From: an uncultured Clostridia bacterium
Lineage (GTDB): Bacteria > Bacillota > Clostridia > Christensenellales > CAG-314
Reading direction: 5' to 3'
NCBI GenBank assembly: GCA_947629985.1
Contig: CANRFV010000001.1
Span: 49,329-113,328, forward strand
Length of the DNA: 64,000 nt
In this document: piece by piece, positions 8,407 through 17,789 of the stretch
How the letters are laid out: each line of letters begins with the position of its first letter
How positions within the stretch are numbered: position 1 is the stretch's first letter
Program-made: the position numbers and the translations under genes
The notes under the pieces: generated by a model
What the model saw: the letters and a program-made list of their open reading frames with translations, nothing else
What the model was told of the DNA's origin: nothing
Database searches by the model: none

Positions 8407-10134
8407 TTAAGCTTGTATTCTATATGGAATACTTACATTTTCAGCAAGGCTCAAATTCCGATTCTTAGTCAACATTTCTATTGCGTCTGTAAACTCATCT
8501 TTGAAATTAAACTCAATTCTGACGCTACCATCATGTTCTATATAAATCATCTGTATCAGCTCTTCTATTATACCACGATTTAGACGCGTAATGTTTTGAT
8601 GTTTCTTAAAAGATTCAACAAAGCTGTTTTGCGTCATTGATTCAGGATTTAATTGCGCCAATTCTTCATTTAGCTGGGAAATATTGATTTCAAGTTGCGT
8701 TATCTTTTCGGAATATTCTTTTTTGAAATGAAAATACTGTTCCCTTGTTATTATTTCATTTTTGAAATCGCCGTATAATTCGTTTTGAAACCTGACTAAT
8801 TTCTCTTTCTCCGCCCCGCAAGCGCATATCCCGTTTTTGATCTTAGCAACCTTCCAATCTACAATTGGATTGTTTTTGATTTTTTGCAAAAGAACGTCCA
8901 TTTCAACAGCTATATCAACGTATTTTCGTATGATTGCTATTACGACTTCATTCAATTTATTGACACGAATTGCATGCCTTGAACATTGTTTCCATTGCAA
9001 ATATGAACCGCAAACAAAATAATAAAACGACTTGCCATTCTTTATATATCCGCTTCTTTGCATAGCACGACCACAATCAGCGCATTTAATGTATCCCACA
9101 TAAATTGCGCCGGTAGCCTCACCACTTTCTGAAAGAGTTTCTGCTCCTTTTGCTTGCCAAGTATCTCGCTCAAATCTTTTCTGCGCTTTCTCAAAAGTTT
9201 CTTTATCGATAATAGCTTCGTGTGTTCCTTCTTTAATTATATAGTTTTCCTTTGGAACCGAAACACATTTATGAATTTTGTGACTGATTGTCTGATATGT
9301 TCCTTGTACCATATCGCCTATATACATTCTATTTTTAAGCATACGACGTATAGTTTGAGTAGACCAACCGGTATTTTTCTGCTCATATCTCAATGCCGAA
9401 TTGCTACCTAATCCTTTTCGCTGTTTGTATTCGGTAGGATTAAGTATACCCATTACTTTAAGTTTAAGCGCTATGTTATAGATGCTTACGCCTTCAATAA
9501 ACATACGATAAATCAATCTTACATTCTCGGCGGCTTCTTTATCTATAAGTAGCTTATGGTGATCATTCGGATCTTTTATATATCCATACAAGGCAAATGA
9601 GCCAATATATTCTCCTCTTCTACGCTTTGCGTTAAAAGAACTTTTGATTTTGGAAGAAATATCACGCGCATACTCATCGTTCATTACATTCTTAAAAGAA
9701 ACAGTAGAATTTCTGATTGATTCCGGCTGCTTAAAACTGTCGATATTATCATTTACTGAGATAAATCTCAATTTCAGTAGCGGAAAAACGACTTCAAGAT
9801 ACCGACCTGTTTCATGATAATTTCGTCCAAATCTTGATAAGTCCTTAACGATAACGCAATTTACTTTGCGACTTTTTATATCTTCCAACAGTCTTTTCAT
9901 ATTCGGGCGGTCAAAATCCGTACCCGAAAAACCATCGTCCGTATATACGTCATAAACTTCAATATCCGGATTTTTATCAAGATACCTTTCGATAATTTTA
10001 TGCTGATTTATAATGCTGTCGCTTTCCAACTTATCGCCATCTTCGCGCGATAACCTTAAATATACTCCGCACTTCCACACACTTTGTGCTACATAGTTAA
10101 TTGACGAATACTTACTGTTTCTTCCTGTACTCAT
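8407..10134 (-). CDS. Large serine recombinase (resolvase/invertase N-domain + recombinase domain + zinc ribbon + coiled coil)
   Basis: Catalytic-Ser region CGVYLRLSREDGDKLESDSIINQ and VIVKDLSRFGRNY, a recombinase domain, the zinc ribbon CADCGRAM...YYFVCGSY...CSRH, and a C-terminal coiled coil. Confidence 0.92.
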   Translation of the reverse strand: MSTGRNSKYSSINYVAQSVWKCGVYLRLSREDGDKLESDSIINQHKIIERYLDKNPDIEVYDVYTDDGFSGTDFDRPNMKRLLEDIKSRKVNCVIVKDLSRFGRNYHETGRYLEVVFPLLKLRFISVNDNIDSFKQPESIRNSTVSFKNVMNDEYARDISSKIKSSFNAKRRRGEYIGSFALYGYIKDPNDHHKLLIDKEAAENVRLIYRMFIEGVSIYNIALKLKVMGILNPTEYKQRKGLGSNSALRYEQKNTGWSTQTIRRMLKNRMYIGDMVQGTYQTISHKIHKCVSVPKENYIIKEGTHEAIIDKETFEKAQKRFERDTWQAKGAETLSESGEATGAIYVGYIKCADCGRAMQRSGYIKNGKSFYYFVCGSYLQWKQCSRHAIRVNKLNEVVIAIIRKYVDIAVEMDVLLQKIKNNPIVDWKVAKIKNGICACGAEKEKLVRFQNELYGDFKNEIITREQYFHFKKEYSEKITQLEINISQLNEELAQLNPESMTQNSFVESFKKHQNITRLNRGIIEELIQMIYIEHDGSVRIEFNFKDEFTDAIEMLTKNRNLSLAENVSIPYRIQA

Positions 10135-11873
10135 AGCGCTACCTCTTGATTTATATTTGTCGTAACTTGTAGAAGATTTTCTTGCTCAAACTCATCGAGC
10201 AAATTCCGGTTTATGTTGACATAATCAAGCGCATTCTTGAATGTATCTTGAAACTTAAATATAATTTCGATGCCCTTATTCTCGTGGACATATATAACAT
10301 CAACCAAAGCGATCAATATTTCACGCGTCAGCCTGTCTATGTTTCTATATTTAATAAAATGTTTTACCAATTCAGTTGATTCGTCTATACAATTCTTTTC
10401 TTGCGCCAGCAGTCCGTTTAGTTTATTGATTACGCTCTCTATTGATTTTAATTCCGTCTCATATTTTTCTTTTAACATCAAATATTGCGTTTTAGAAATC
10501 AATGCGTTTTTATAATCGGGATAGAGATCCAACAGTATTCTATTTGTTTTACTTTTTTCATTTTCTTTTTCAACAAGAATTTTCTCCAATTGGGATGCGC
10601 TACTTCTTTTATTTGGTGATTGACTGATTTTTTCGATTAATCTATCTATTTCCACCGCGGCATCAATGTATTTCGATATTACTGTTAAAACGGTTTTTTC
10701 GAGCAAATCTGATCTTACCGTATGTCTGGAACATGCAGCCTTTGTCATATTATCATACGTTTTACAAGTATAATAATGATATTTCTCTCTGAATTTTGCC
10801 CTACTCGCATTTTTCTTCACTAATTGTTTTCCACAATCAGCGCAACGTAAAAAACCTGCAAACAACGATAATTCTTGCGTTTTTGGTGAAACTCGCACAT
10901 CTCTGTTCATGATCCCTTGAATCGCAAAGAAAAGAGATTTATCAATAATTTTCTCATGATGGTTTTCAATTATTACCCATTTGTCCTCGCTTAACATTCT
11001 TACCTTCTCAACCTTATGACTGACCTTTTCATATTTACCTTGGACAAGATCCCCGGTATACATTCTATTAGTCAAAATCTTTCTGACAGTTTGAATGCTC
11101 CACAAGCCGCTATTATTACTTCTATGATAGTTAGAATATTTTTCACTCTTATATTTCGCGGGATTAGGTATTCCCATTTCATTCAACTTAAACGTAATCA
11201 TTCTATAAGATAACCCTGCCGCAAACCACTGAAATATTTGTCTGACTACGTCGGCAGCATCGGGATCAATAACCAATTGTCCTTTTACTGCCGTATCTCT
11301 AACATAGCCATATAAAGCAAAGCCGCAAATATATTCACCGTTTTCACGTTTTGCAGCAAATGTACTGCGAATTTTATTGGAAATATCCCTACAATACTCT
11401 TCATTCATAACATTTTTGAATGAGACGGATATATTGTTCATTGAAGTTGGATATAAAAAACTGTCAATGTTGTCAACCACCGAAATGAATCGAATATCCA
11501 TTACGGGGAAAAATATATCCAAATATTGACCGGCTTCTAAATAGTTTCTGCCAAATCGAGATAAATCCTTTACGATAACGCAATTTATACGTCCCATACG
11601 AATATCATCAATCAATCTCAAAAATTCCGGACGCTCAAAATTGGTTCCTGTATAACCGTCATCGGCATATTCGGAGATAATTTGAATATCAGGGTTTTCT
11701 ACCAAATAATCTTCAATAACAAGTCTTTGATTAAATATGCTATCGCTTTCATATTTATTATCATCGTCTTTATCGCCATCTTCCTTTGAAATACGCAAAT
11801 AAAGCCCTGCCTGCCACCGCTTGGTGGCTGACAAGGCTACATTATCTTTGATATATTTACTTGTGCGCGCCAT
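10131..11873 (-). CDS. Large serine recombinase, second tandem paralogue
   Basis: AGLYLRISKEDGDK...SDSIFNQ, VIVKDLSRFGRNY and CADCGKQL...YYTCKTY...CSRH. I take the start at the ATG at 11873 (MARTSKY), which follows GGAGG. It has a 4-nt overlap with the downstream recombinase. Confidence 0.92.
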   Translation of the reverse strand: MARTSKYIKDNVALSATKRWQAGLYLRISKEDGDKDDDNKYESDSIFNQRLVIEDYLVENPDIQIISEYADDGYTGTNFERPEFLRLIDDIRMGRINCVIVKDLSRFGRNYLEAGQYLDIFFPVMDIRFISVVDNIDSFLYPTSMNNISVSFKNVMNEEYCRDISNKIRSTFAAKRENGEYICGFALYGYVRDTAVKGQLVIDPDAADVVRQIFQWFAAGLSYRMITFKLNEMGIPNPAKYKSEKYSNYHRSNNSGLWSIQTVRKILTNRMYTGDLVQGKYEKVSHKVEKVRMLSEDKWVIIENHHEKIIDKSLFFAIQGIMNRDVRVSPKTQELSLFAGFLRCADCGKQLVKKNASRAKFREKYHYYTCKTYDNMTKAACSRHTVRSDLLEKTVLTVISKYIDAAVEIDRLIEKISQSPNKRSSASQLEKILVEKENEKSKTNRILLDLYPDYKNALISKTQYLMLKEKYETELKSIESVINKLNGLLAQEKNCIDESTELVKHFIKYRNIDRLTREILIALVDVIYVHENKGIEIIFKFQDTFKNALDYVNINRNLLDEFEQENLLQVTTNINQEVAL

Positions 11874-11962
11874 AATTGTACCTCCAAGATTACTTGGCGA
11901 TAGCAATTAAGATGCATTTAACGTTCTTATTTTAGCACTCCACCAAATAAATTTCAAGCCTT

Positions 11963-12217
11963 TTATGAATTTTGAGTAAATATTTTTTCCAAACTTTGTT
12001 GCAATGTTAGCCCCTTATCGTTGAAACTTACCTTTACAGGGATATTCCCCACTTTGAACAGGTATGGATTTCCCAACTGTTCAATAAGCGATAAAACACG
12101 TTCTACAACCGGTCTCTGAGTATCAACGTTTATTGTTTCTATATCTTTAAGTTCTTCAACTTTTGCGTTGCGTATCTTCAACGCTTCATACTGGTTCAAA
12201 CTATTTTTTATCATCAT
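11963..12217 (-). CDS. Small conserved hypothetical protein of the recombination module (from memory resembles DUF6870-type proteins found next to serine recombinases)
   Basis: The 84-aa ORF contains ...ERVLSLIEQLGNPYLFKVGNIPVKVSF.... Its position is directly upstream of the recombinases. The family assignment is recollection only. Confidence 0.45.
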   Translation of the reverse strand: MMIKNSLNQYEALKIRNAKVEELKDIETINVDTQRPVVERVLSLIEQLGNPYLFKVGNIPVKVSFNDKGLTLQQSLEKIFTQNS

Positions 12218-12479
12218 TTTGATTTTCGACCTTTTCGTAAAAAATAAACTTTGCTATTTAATCTTTTAATGTGATTTCGATGATAAACCAACCAAAATAA
12301 TGCCTGATATGCAAAATGTTAAGAACTTGTCAATTTGTGCTATTTTTCTAATATATTTATTTATCAATTCCCCCTGTTCAATGTCCGGAAATCTGTAATC
12401 AGTACAGATGTTTTAACATTATCTCCCTTTCATCTCCGTAACTCTGCACTGTTGCAGCACGTCCTACTTTGGGCTTACC

Positions 12480-12710
12480 CTACTTTACATTATAATTATC
12501 TTGAATTTGCTTCTGCAAAAAACGATAACCTTGCCGTATCAATTCTACCTTTGAAATTCCGTGTTCTTTCAAAAAAGAATTGATCTCGTCCAATTCGCCT
12601 CGCGGCAAATAGGTGCTGAACGTCCCATTTGCCGCTCTGCGTTTATCTTTGTTCTTTTCCTCGTATCTTCGCTTTATAATGCGACTCGGTGTATCTTCTT
12701 TTCTTTCCAT
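12480..12710 (-). CDS. Small basic protein, possibly a ribbon-helix-helix DNA binder
   Basis: The 76-aa ORF has a Lys/Arg-rich N-terminus (RIIKRRYEEKNKDKRRAANGTFSTYLPRGELDEINSFLKEHGISKVELIRQGY). I recognise no catalytic motif. Confidence 0.4.
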   Translation of the reverse strand: MERKEDTPSRIIKRRYEEKNKDKRRAANGTFSTYLPRGELDEINSFLKEHGISKVELIRQGYRFLQKQIQDNYNVK

Positions 12711-12719
12711 AGTTACACC

Positions 12720-13082
12720 TCAGTCCACATAAACAAGTTCCGACAGAATCTCATTCTCGATTGCCTTGTTAAGCGCATTCAAACGGCGCGTATCTGTAAT
12801 ATAATCGCCTGTCCGTTTGTACTCGTCCAACTGCGACAACTTTTTTCGCAACACGTCGTCCATTTCTTCCGCCTGACGATCAATACCGTGCAAATATTCG
12901 GGAAGATTGACTATACCCAACATCTTTGCCACGTTATGTTCTTCAAGGTAAATTTTGGCAAGAGTTCCATACTTGCCATAGATGTGTTTTTGCGGTTTTA
13001 CGAGTTCTTGATAGCGTTTGATTTCTGCTACTGTCAACTCCTCTCCCGCTTCTGCTTTTTTCAAAATTTCTTTGTCGGTCAT
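12720..13082 (-). CDS. TnpV-like transposon accessory protein
   Basis: The 120-aa ORF matches the pattern GKYG...YLEEH...LPEYLHGIDRQAEEM...ILSELVY that I remember from TnpV of Tn4451-type serine-recombinase elements. It has a GGAGG RBS. Confidence 0.6.
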   Translation of the reverse strand: MTDKEILKKAEAGEELTVAEIKRYQELVKPQKHIYGKYGTLAKIYLEEHNVAKMLGIVNLPEYLHGIDRQAEEMDDVLRKKLSQLDEYKRTGDYITDTRRLNALNKAIENEILSELVYVD

Positions 13083-13179
13083 AATTACCTCCTTTTATGC
13101 TATTGTCGTAAGCATACGATACACTATTTTTCCGAAAGAGTCAAGAGGTTTATCTTATTTTTTTCTGTTTCATGGAATT

Positions 13180-15153
13180 TTATGTTACAAGCGCGGCAAT
13201 GCCTCTGACAAGGAACGGTGCGGCGACTATTATTGAGAAAATAATCACGATACCGACAACATAATTTATGAGCATTTTCTTTGCTTTCTCTTTATCTTCG
13301 TTCTTTTGGGCGATTATGATAGCCACACCGATGGCAATACTCCATACTCCTGCTGTTGCAATAAAAACCCAAACCATATATGGGCGATACTGTTCAAATA
13401 AATATTCCACATAGTTTGTTACTTCTTCATATTGATTGCCGAGTTCTTGCGTGTAGCTGTCGCCACAAACCGAGCAAGTATAGGTTCTTTTCGTGTTCCC
13501 GTTGCGACTTTGCACATCGGAAATCATGTAGTTATGTCCTTTTGCCGATATTTTTGTTTCATACGAATGTCCACAGGTGTCGCATACGCTTCGCATAATG
13601 CCCTCTTGCGTACACGTTGCTTCTCGGATGACACTATTTGTGTAATCATGTCCCGTTGGCAAACTTCCGTCTGACTCTGATTTTTCAAAATTACAGACTT
13701 GACAATGGTATACTGTTTTTCCGCTCTCTTTACAACTCGCAGGAACTTCAACTGTTTCAAAATTGTGTCCAAGCGGCTGTGTTTCATTGTCCCTGTAATT
13801 ATTACCACATCGACTGCACTCATGCAGTGTATAGCCGCCTTCCGTGCAAGTTGCCGTCGATGTTCTCGTAACATAGTTGTGCCCCGTTGCTTCCGTCAAG
13901 CCACTTTGATATTCATCTCCACATCGGCTGCAAGTATAGAGCGTATAACCACTCTCTGTACATTTCGGCGCAATGACAGCTGCCCTGTAATTATGACCGA
14001 GTGCTTTCGATACTGTATCTTGATAGATATAACCGCATTTCGTACAAGTATAAATTGTATAACCATCTTCGGTGCAGGTTGCCGCCGTTGTTCGAGTTGT
14101 AAAACTATGTCCCGTCCCATTTTTGTCAATTATTTCGGTATAACTATAATAACACCGAGAACAAGTATAAACCAACTTTTCACCTGTACAAGTTGCCGAT
14201 GTTTCGACAGTATAACTATGCCCTAATGGAGAAAATTTACCGTCCACATAACTCGTCTTGCAACGGGAACAAACATGAGTGGTATATCCCCCTGTTGTAC
14301 AAGTCGGAGCGGTTGTTGTGCTGTCATAACTATGTCCGAGAGCCGGCGATTCATTACTTTTATATGTATATCCGCATCGCGTACATTTATTTGTAGTGTA
14401 TCCGCCAGATGTACAAGTAGGTGATGTCGTTGTTGCGCTGTAACTATGTCCCAATGCAGATGCCGTATTTTCTGTGTAGTAATGTCCGCAGGTGCATCTG
14501 TACGTTATGTAACCTTCTTCTGTACAAGTGGGTTTTGTCACGGTCGAGGTGTAACTGTGAATATGGTAGTCGATTTTGAATGAGAAAGTACATTCGATTT
14601 GTTCAATAAAATGAAGAGTACGAATAGAACTTTCTTCTTCCCAAACACTTACACCTAAAAATGACACATAATAAGTACCGTCACTTAAAACAGCCATTAT
14701 TTCTTTTGAATTTGTTGTACTTGTCTGCGCAACAACATTTCCAGATGCGTTTTTGATTGTGAAAGTGTTTTTCGCGAAGTCGGACTTTACATTGATAGTA
14801 ACTTCTCTCGATTTTATTGTTCCGCCCTGTTGAAGTGTCCCTGTTTCAGTTCCGTAATAACTTCCGTAAATTTCAAACTCTACAACACATTGTTTATCAT
14901 TCCTTCCACAATCAACGAGATCGGATTTCAATACATTCGATTTTTCCGAATCAAGACGAGGTGTCGGATTAGCATTTCCCATAACACCACCACTATAATG
15001 CTTATAATCAAAATATATTTTATAACGTGGCGTCTCTGCTGCATAAGCTGATGTCGTAGCGTTCCCGGTCAAAGCAAGCGCTATCAATATAAGCAGACAT
15101 ACTCCGAATAGTAACGCTACGCTCAACATAGCCCCTTTTGTTTTTGTACTCAT
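13180..15153 (-). CDS. Secreted His/Cys-repeat array protein ending in a VirB2-like two-helix membrane module
   Basis: Signal peptide (MLSVALLFGVCLLILIALALTGNATTSAYA), a beta-rich N-domain and about 10 tandem ~37-aa GH-x-Y...C-T-x2-GY...C-x2-CG units. The C-terminal 70 aa are homologous to the product of 19082-19378. It has an ATGA overlap with virB4. Confidence 0.85.
   Translation of the reverse strand: MSTKTKGAMLSVALLFGVCLLILIALALTGNATTSAYAAETPRYKIYFDYKHYSGGVMGNANPTPRLDSEKSNVLKSDLVDCGRNDKQCVVEFEIYGSYYGTETGTLQQGGTIKSREVTINVKSDFAKNTFTIKNASGNVVAQTSTTNSKEIMAVLSDGTYYVSFLGVSVWEEESSIRTLHFIEQIECTFSFKIDYHIHSYTSTVTKPTCTEEGYITYRCTCGHYYTENTASALGHSYSATTTSPTCTSGGYTTNKCTRCGYTYKSNESPALGHSYDSTTTAPTCTTGGYTTHVCSRCKTSYVDGKFSPLGHSYTVETSATCTGEKLVYTCSRCYYSYTEIIDKNGTGHSFTTRTTAATCTEDGYTIYTCTKCGYIYQDTVSKALGHNYRAAVIAPKCTESGYTLYTCSRCGDEYQSGLTEATGHNYVTRTSTATCTEGGYTLHECSRCGNNYRDNETQPLGHNFETVEVPASCKESGKTVYHCQVCNFEKSESDGSLPTGHDYTNSVIREATCTQEGIMRSVCDTCGHSYETKISAKGHNYMISDVQSRNGNTKRTYTCSVCGDSYTQELGNQYEEVTNYVEYLFEQYRPYMVWVFIATAGVWSIAIGVAIIIAQKNEDKEKAKKMLINYVVGIVIIFSIIVAAPFLVRGIAALVT
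13440..14565 (-). repeat. About 10 tandem coding repeats (~111 nt / ~37 aa) of an H-x(10)-C-x(10)-C-x2-C module
   Basis: Example units: GHSYSATTTSPTCTSGGYTTNKCTRCGYTYKSNESPAL, GHSFTTRTTAATCTEDGYTIYTCTKCGYIYQDTVSKAL and GHNYVTRTSTATCTEGGYTLHECSRCGNNYRDNETQPL. Confidence 0.85.
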
Positions 15154-17789
15154 TGGTTATCCTCCTCTTTTCGCCCCTCATCAAACAAATCTTTCGTGTA
15201 CTTACCCGCCTTTATGCAGATACAGGCTCTAAGTTCAGTCGAGCCCACGAAAAACGCTTGCCCCGTAACAGCTGAGATTATCATCCGTTGCTCGTCATCG
15301 TTGAAACTGTCGCCAGCTCTGTAAACGTCTAAGACATCTTTCATGTCGGGAGCAGCAAGCTTGAAGATGAAGTTGTACTGACTGTTTTTTAGAATGGTTG
15401 AAGTCTTGTTGCGAAGCTCTTCATTTGCATTCCAATCCGCGATGTTCTGCGTTGCGGGGATGAACGCACCGCCGTACTTTCTGATTCGCTTATTCATCGA
15501 ATAAAAGAAGTCAAGAGCAATCGGGAACTTCGCATCTATAAACAGGTGCGCTTCGTCCACGACGATCATTGTGTGCAGATTTGCCCCATTTTTGTTGCGT
15601 TCTCTGGCGTTGATAACTTCCTGTTCAATGAAGCGGAACACAAGTAGCATTTGTGCATTAGCGACGACGTTATTTTTGTTCGCAAAGAGCGATTGAAAGT
15701 CGAAGTCAATGAGATTTGCGTTGACTTGCAAGGTAGACGGTGCGTTCCAAATGTCGCTGTAACGTCCCGTTACAAACTTCTGCAAGTAAAGCTCCGCCGT
15801 TCGCATATCTCTCTTTGTCATCTCGTCCATTTCCGCCGTATTTTTCGATTTCAGCGTGTCCATAAGGTCTGAAAACAATGGAAAGTAGTCCGCAGGAAAA
15901 TGCGAGCAATCCGTATTTTCGGTGATCCCCATTCTTTCATACGTTTCCACCGTCAGGTTATTGATAAGTTCGATAACATCTGTGGGCGCATCCGCAAGTA
16001 CAATTTTGAAGAAACTCTCCAACATCTTCAAGTGAGTGTTGAATGTTACTTTGCTATCCGCAGGCGTTCCGTCCTCTGTCAAAATCTTGTAGATATGGAA
16101 TGGATTGATTCTCCCTTCTCTCGCATTACCAACATTGATGATGTTACCGTACAGATTTCTTGTCAGCGCAAGATACTCCGCTTCGGGGTCAAGGACAATT
16201 ACTCTCGTCCCGTTCGCCCATTCGTGAAGAATAAGGTTTTTCAGGAAGAATGATTTGCCGCTTCCCGACTTCCCTATAATCATCGCGTTCGAGTTCTGAT
16301 ACAAGTTCCCTCGCTTCCAAAGATTGAAGATGAACGGATAGCCGTTGGTCTTGTTCTCTCCGAGCAGGATGCCGCCCTCGTCCATGACGAAAGTACGAAC
16401 AAACGGGAACGCCGCGGCAAGCGACGAAGAATTGATACCCCGTTCTTGATTTTTGAGCGTAGACACGGGAGACACCGCCGCCGATTTGAAGCCTTCGATT
16501 TGCAAACCATAGAGTGTAGAGGGACGGAAATTGCCTGTCAGCATAGCCCGCCTCGTCGCCTTTTTGTAATTATCGTCTTTCAGATAGTTGTATGCCGTAA
16601 TGGTCAGCGTAACGTCAAACAGGCTTTCGTTCTCCGTTTGCAAGGCGTCGAGAAGTGTGTTCATCGTTTCTTGGTGGATTTCAGCACTATTCGCATCGCT
16701 CGCCTTGTCCGAAATGATTTGCTTGGTCTGCATCTCTCCGATAACCTTGTCGATACGTCGTATGGCTTTCATTTTGTCAACGGGCTTGACGTGCATTACT
16801 ACTTTTGTATTAGGAATGTTGAACAAGTCTGCTCCCCATGCGTTCTTGACACGAAGCGGATAGTCCGATACCGCGAACGTCGCCACTTCCGTACCGTCGA
16901 TTTGATACTTGTTGCCGCGAAATATGACTTCTTTCGGCTTGACCCATTCAATGAGTTCTTCATCGGACAGATCCTTGATTTCTCTCTCGTCGAAGTTTCG
17001 GGAGAAACTGTATTTCAGGAACACTGCCGCATCTCTCTTGCCAAGGATTTTCGTGTTCAGTCCGCACTTTGCGATTTCTGCCGCGACATTGATTGCCGTA
17101 CTTTCGAGATCGAGTTCGTTTCTGCCGTACACGACTATGTAGTAGTCCGAAAGATACTGCTTGCGGATATTGTTGAGTTTATCAATACGGTCAATTCTTT
17201 CTCGTAGGATACCCGTTTTGATTTCCTTGATACCATTTTCATCGTCATTTTCCGCAACGTCCGAAAGTCTGCCGAAAAGTTCTTTGGCAAAGCCGTCTAA
17301 GTTCACGGGACGATCTATCTTCACGATGTCCGCACTTTGGTTTTGATCGAGGATTTTCAGCGCATTTGCAAAGTAGTTGATGTCTATGTTCTGTTGCACC
17401 ACATCCTCGATACCAAAATTCTTCTGTCCGACCTTTATTACCCGTCCATACATACCGCCACCGTAGCCGAGCAAGCCGTTGTCTTTGATTTCTTTCAGGT
17501 CAATAAGCGCATTGACATTTTCTTTTGCGTTTGTTGCCTTGCTTGTATATCTCTTCTTCGAAAACAGGAACTTGACGTTCTCGAAGATAAATGTGTAGAA
17601 GATGCCGTCGGGCGTAGGCATAAACATTACAACTGCGCACAGTCCCATAATGATTGCAAATGCCCAACTTCCTGCTGTGATTGCAATGAAAATGATTGCG
17701 AACACAACAAGGGCAACAATGACGTCTACCATTGAGTAACACTTCCACACGGTATTCTTCACCTTGACTTTTTTAGGAATGATTCTCAT
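15150..17789 (-). CDS. virB4: VirB4/TcpF/PrgJ-family conjugative ATPase with an N-terminal VirB3-like membrane segment
   Basis: The 879-aa ORF has two N-terminal TM helices (VIVALVVFAIIFIAITAGSWAFAIIMGLCAVVMF), Walker A IIGKSGSGKSFFLKN and Walker B MIVVDEAHLF. Confidence 0.92.
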   Translation of the reverse strand: MRIIPKKVKVKNTVWKCYSMVDVIVALVVFAIIFIAITAGSWAFAIIMGLCAVVMFMPTPDGIFYTFIFENVKFLFSKKRYTSKATNAKENVNALIDLKEIKDNGLLGYGGGMYGRVIKVGQKNFGIEDVVQQNIDINYFANALKILDQNQSADIVKIDRPVNLDGFAKELFGRLSDVAENDDENGIKEIKTGILRERIDRIDKLNNIRKQYLSDYYIVVYGRNELDLESTAINVAAEIAKCGLNTKILGKRDAAVFLKYSFSRNFDEREIKDLSDEELIEWVKPKEVIFRGNKYQIDGTEVATFAVSDYPLRVKNAWGADLFNIPNTKVVMHVKPVDKMKAIRRIDKVIGEMQTKQIISDKASDANSAEIHQETMNTLLDALQTENESLFDVTLTITAYNYLKDDNYKKATRRAMLTGNFRPSTLYGLQIEGFKSAAVSPVSTLKNQERGINSSSLAAAFPFVRTFVMDEGGILLGENKTNGYPFIFNLWKRGNLYQNSNAMIIGKSGSGKSFFLKNLILHEWANGTRVIVLDPEAEYLALTRNLYGNIINVGNAREGRINPFHIYKILTEDGTPADSKVTFNTHLKMLESFFKIVLADAPTDVIELINNLTVETYERMGITENTDCSHFPADYFPLFSDLMDTLKSKNTAEMDEMTKRDMRTAELYLQKFVTGRYSDIWNAPSTLQVNANLIDFDFQSLFANKNNVVANAQMLLVFRFIEQEVINARERNKNGANLHTMIVVDEAHLFIDAKFPIALDFFYSMNKRIRKYGGAFIPATQNIADWNANEELRNKTSTILKNSQYNFIFKLAAPDMKDVLDVYRAGDSFNDDEQRMIISAVTGQAFFVGSTELRACICIKAGKYTKDLFDEGRKEEDNQ

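Noticed and set aside
12218-12479. A 262-nt gap in the recombination module with a 7-bp inverted repeat (12391-12409), considered as a possible att or oriT site.
   Set aside because: The stem is short and AT-rich with no flanking symmetry or matching sequence at the other element end. A promoter region is equally plausible, so I made no call.
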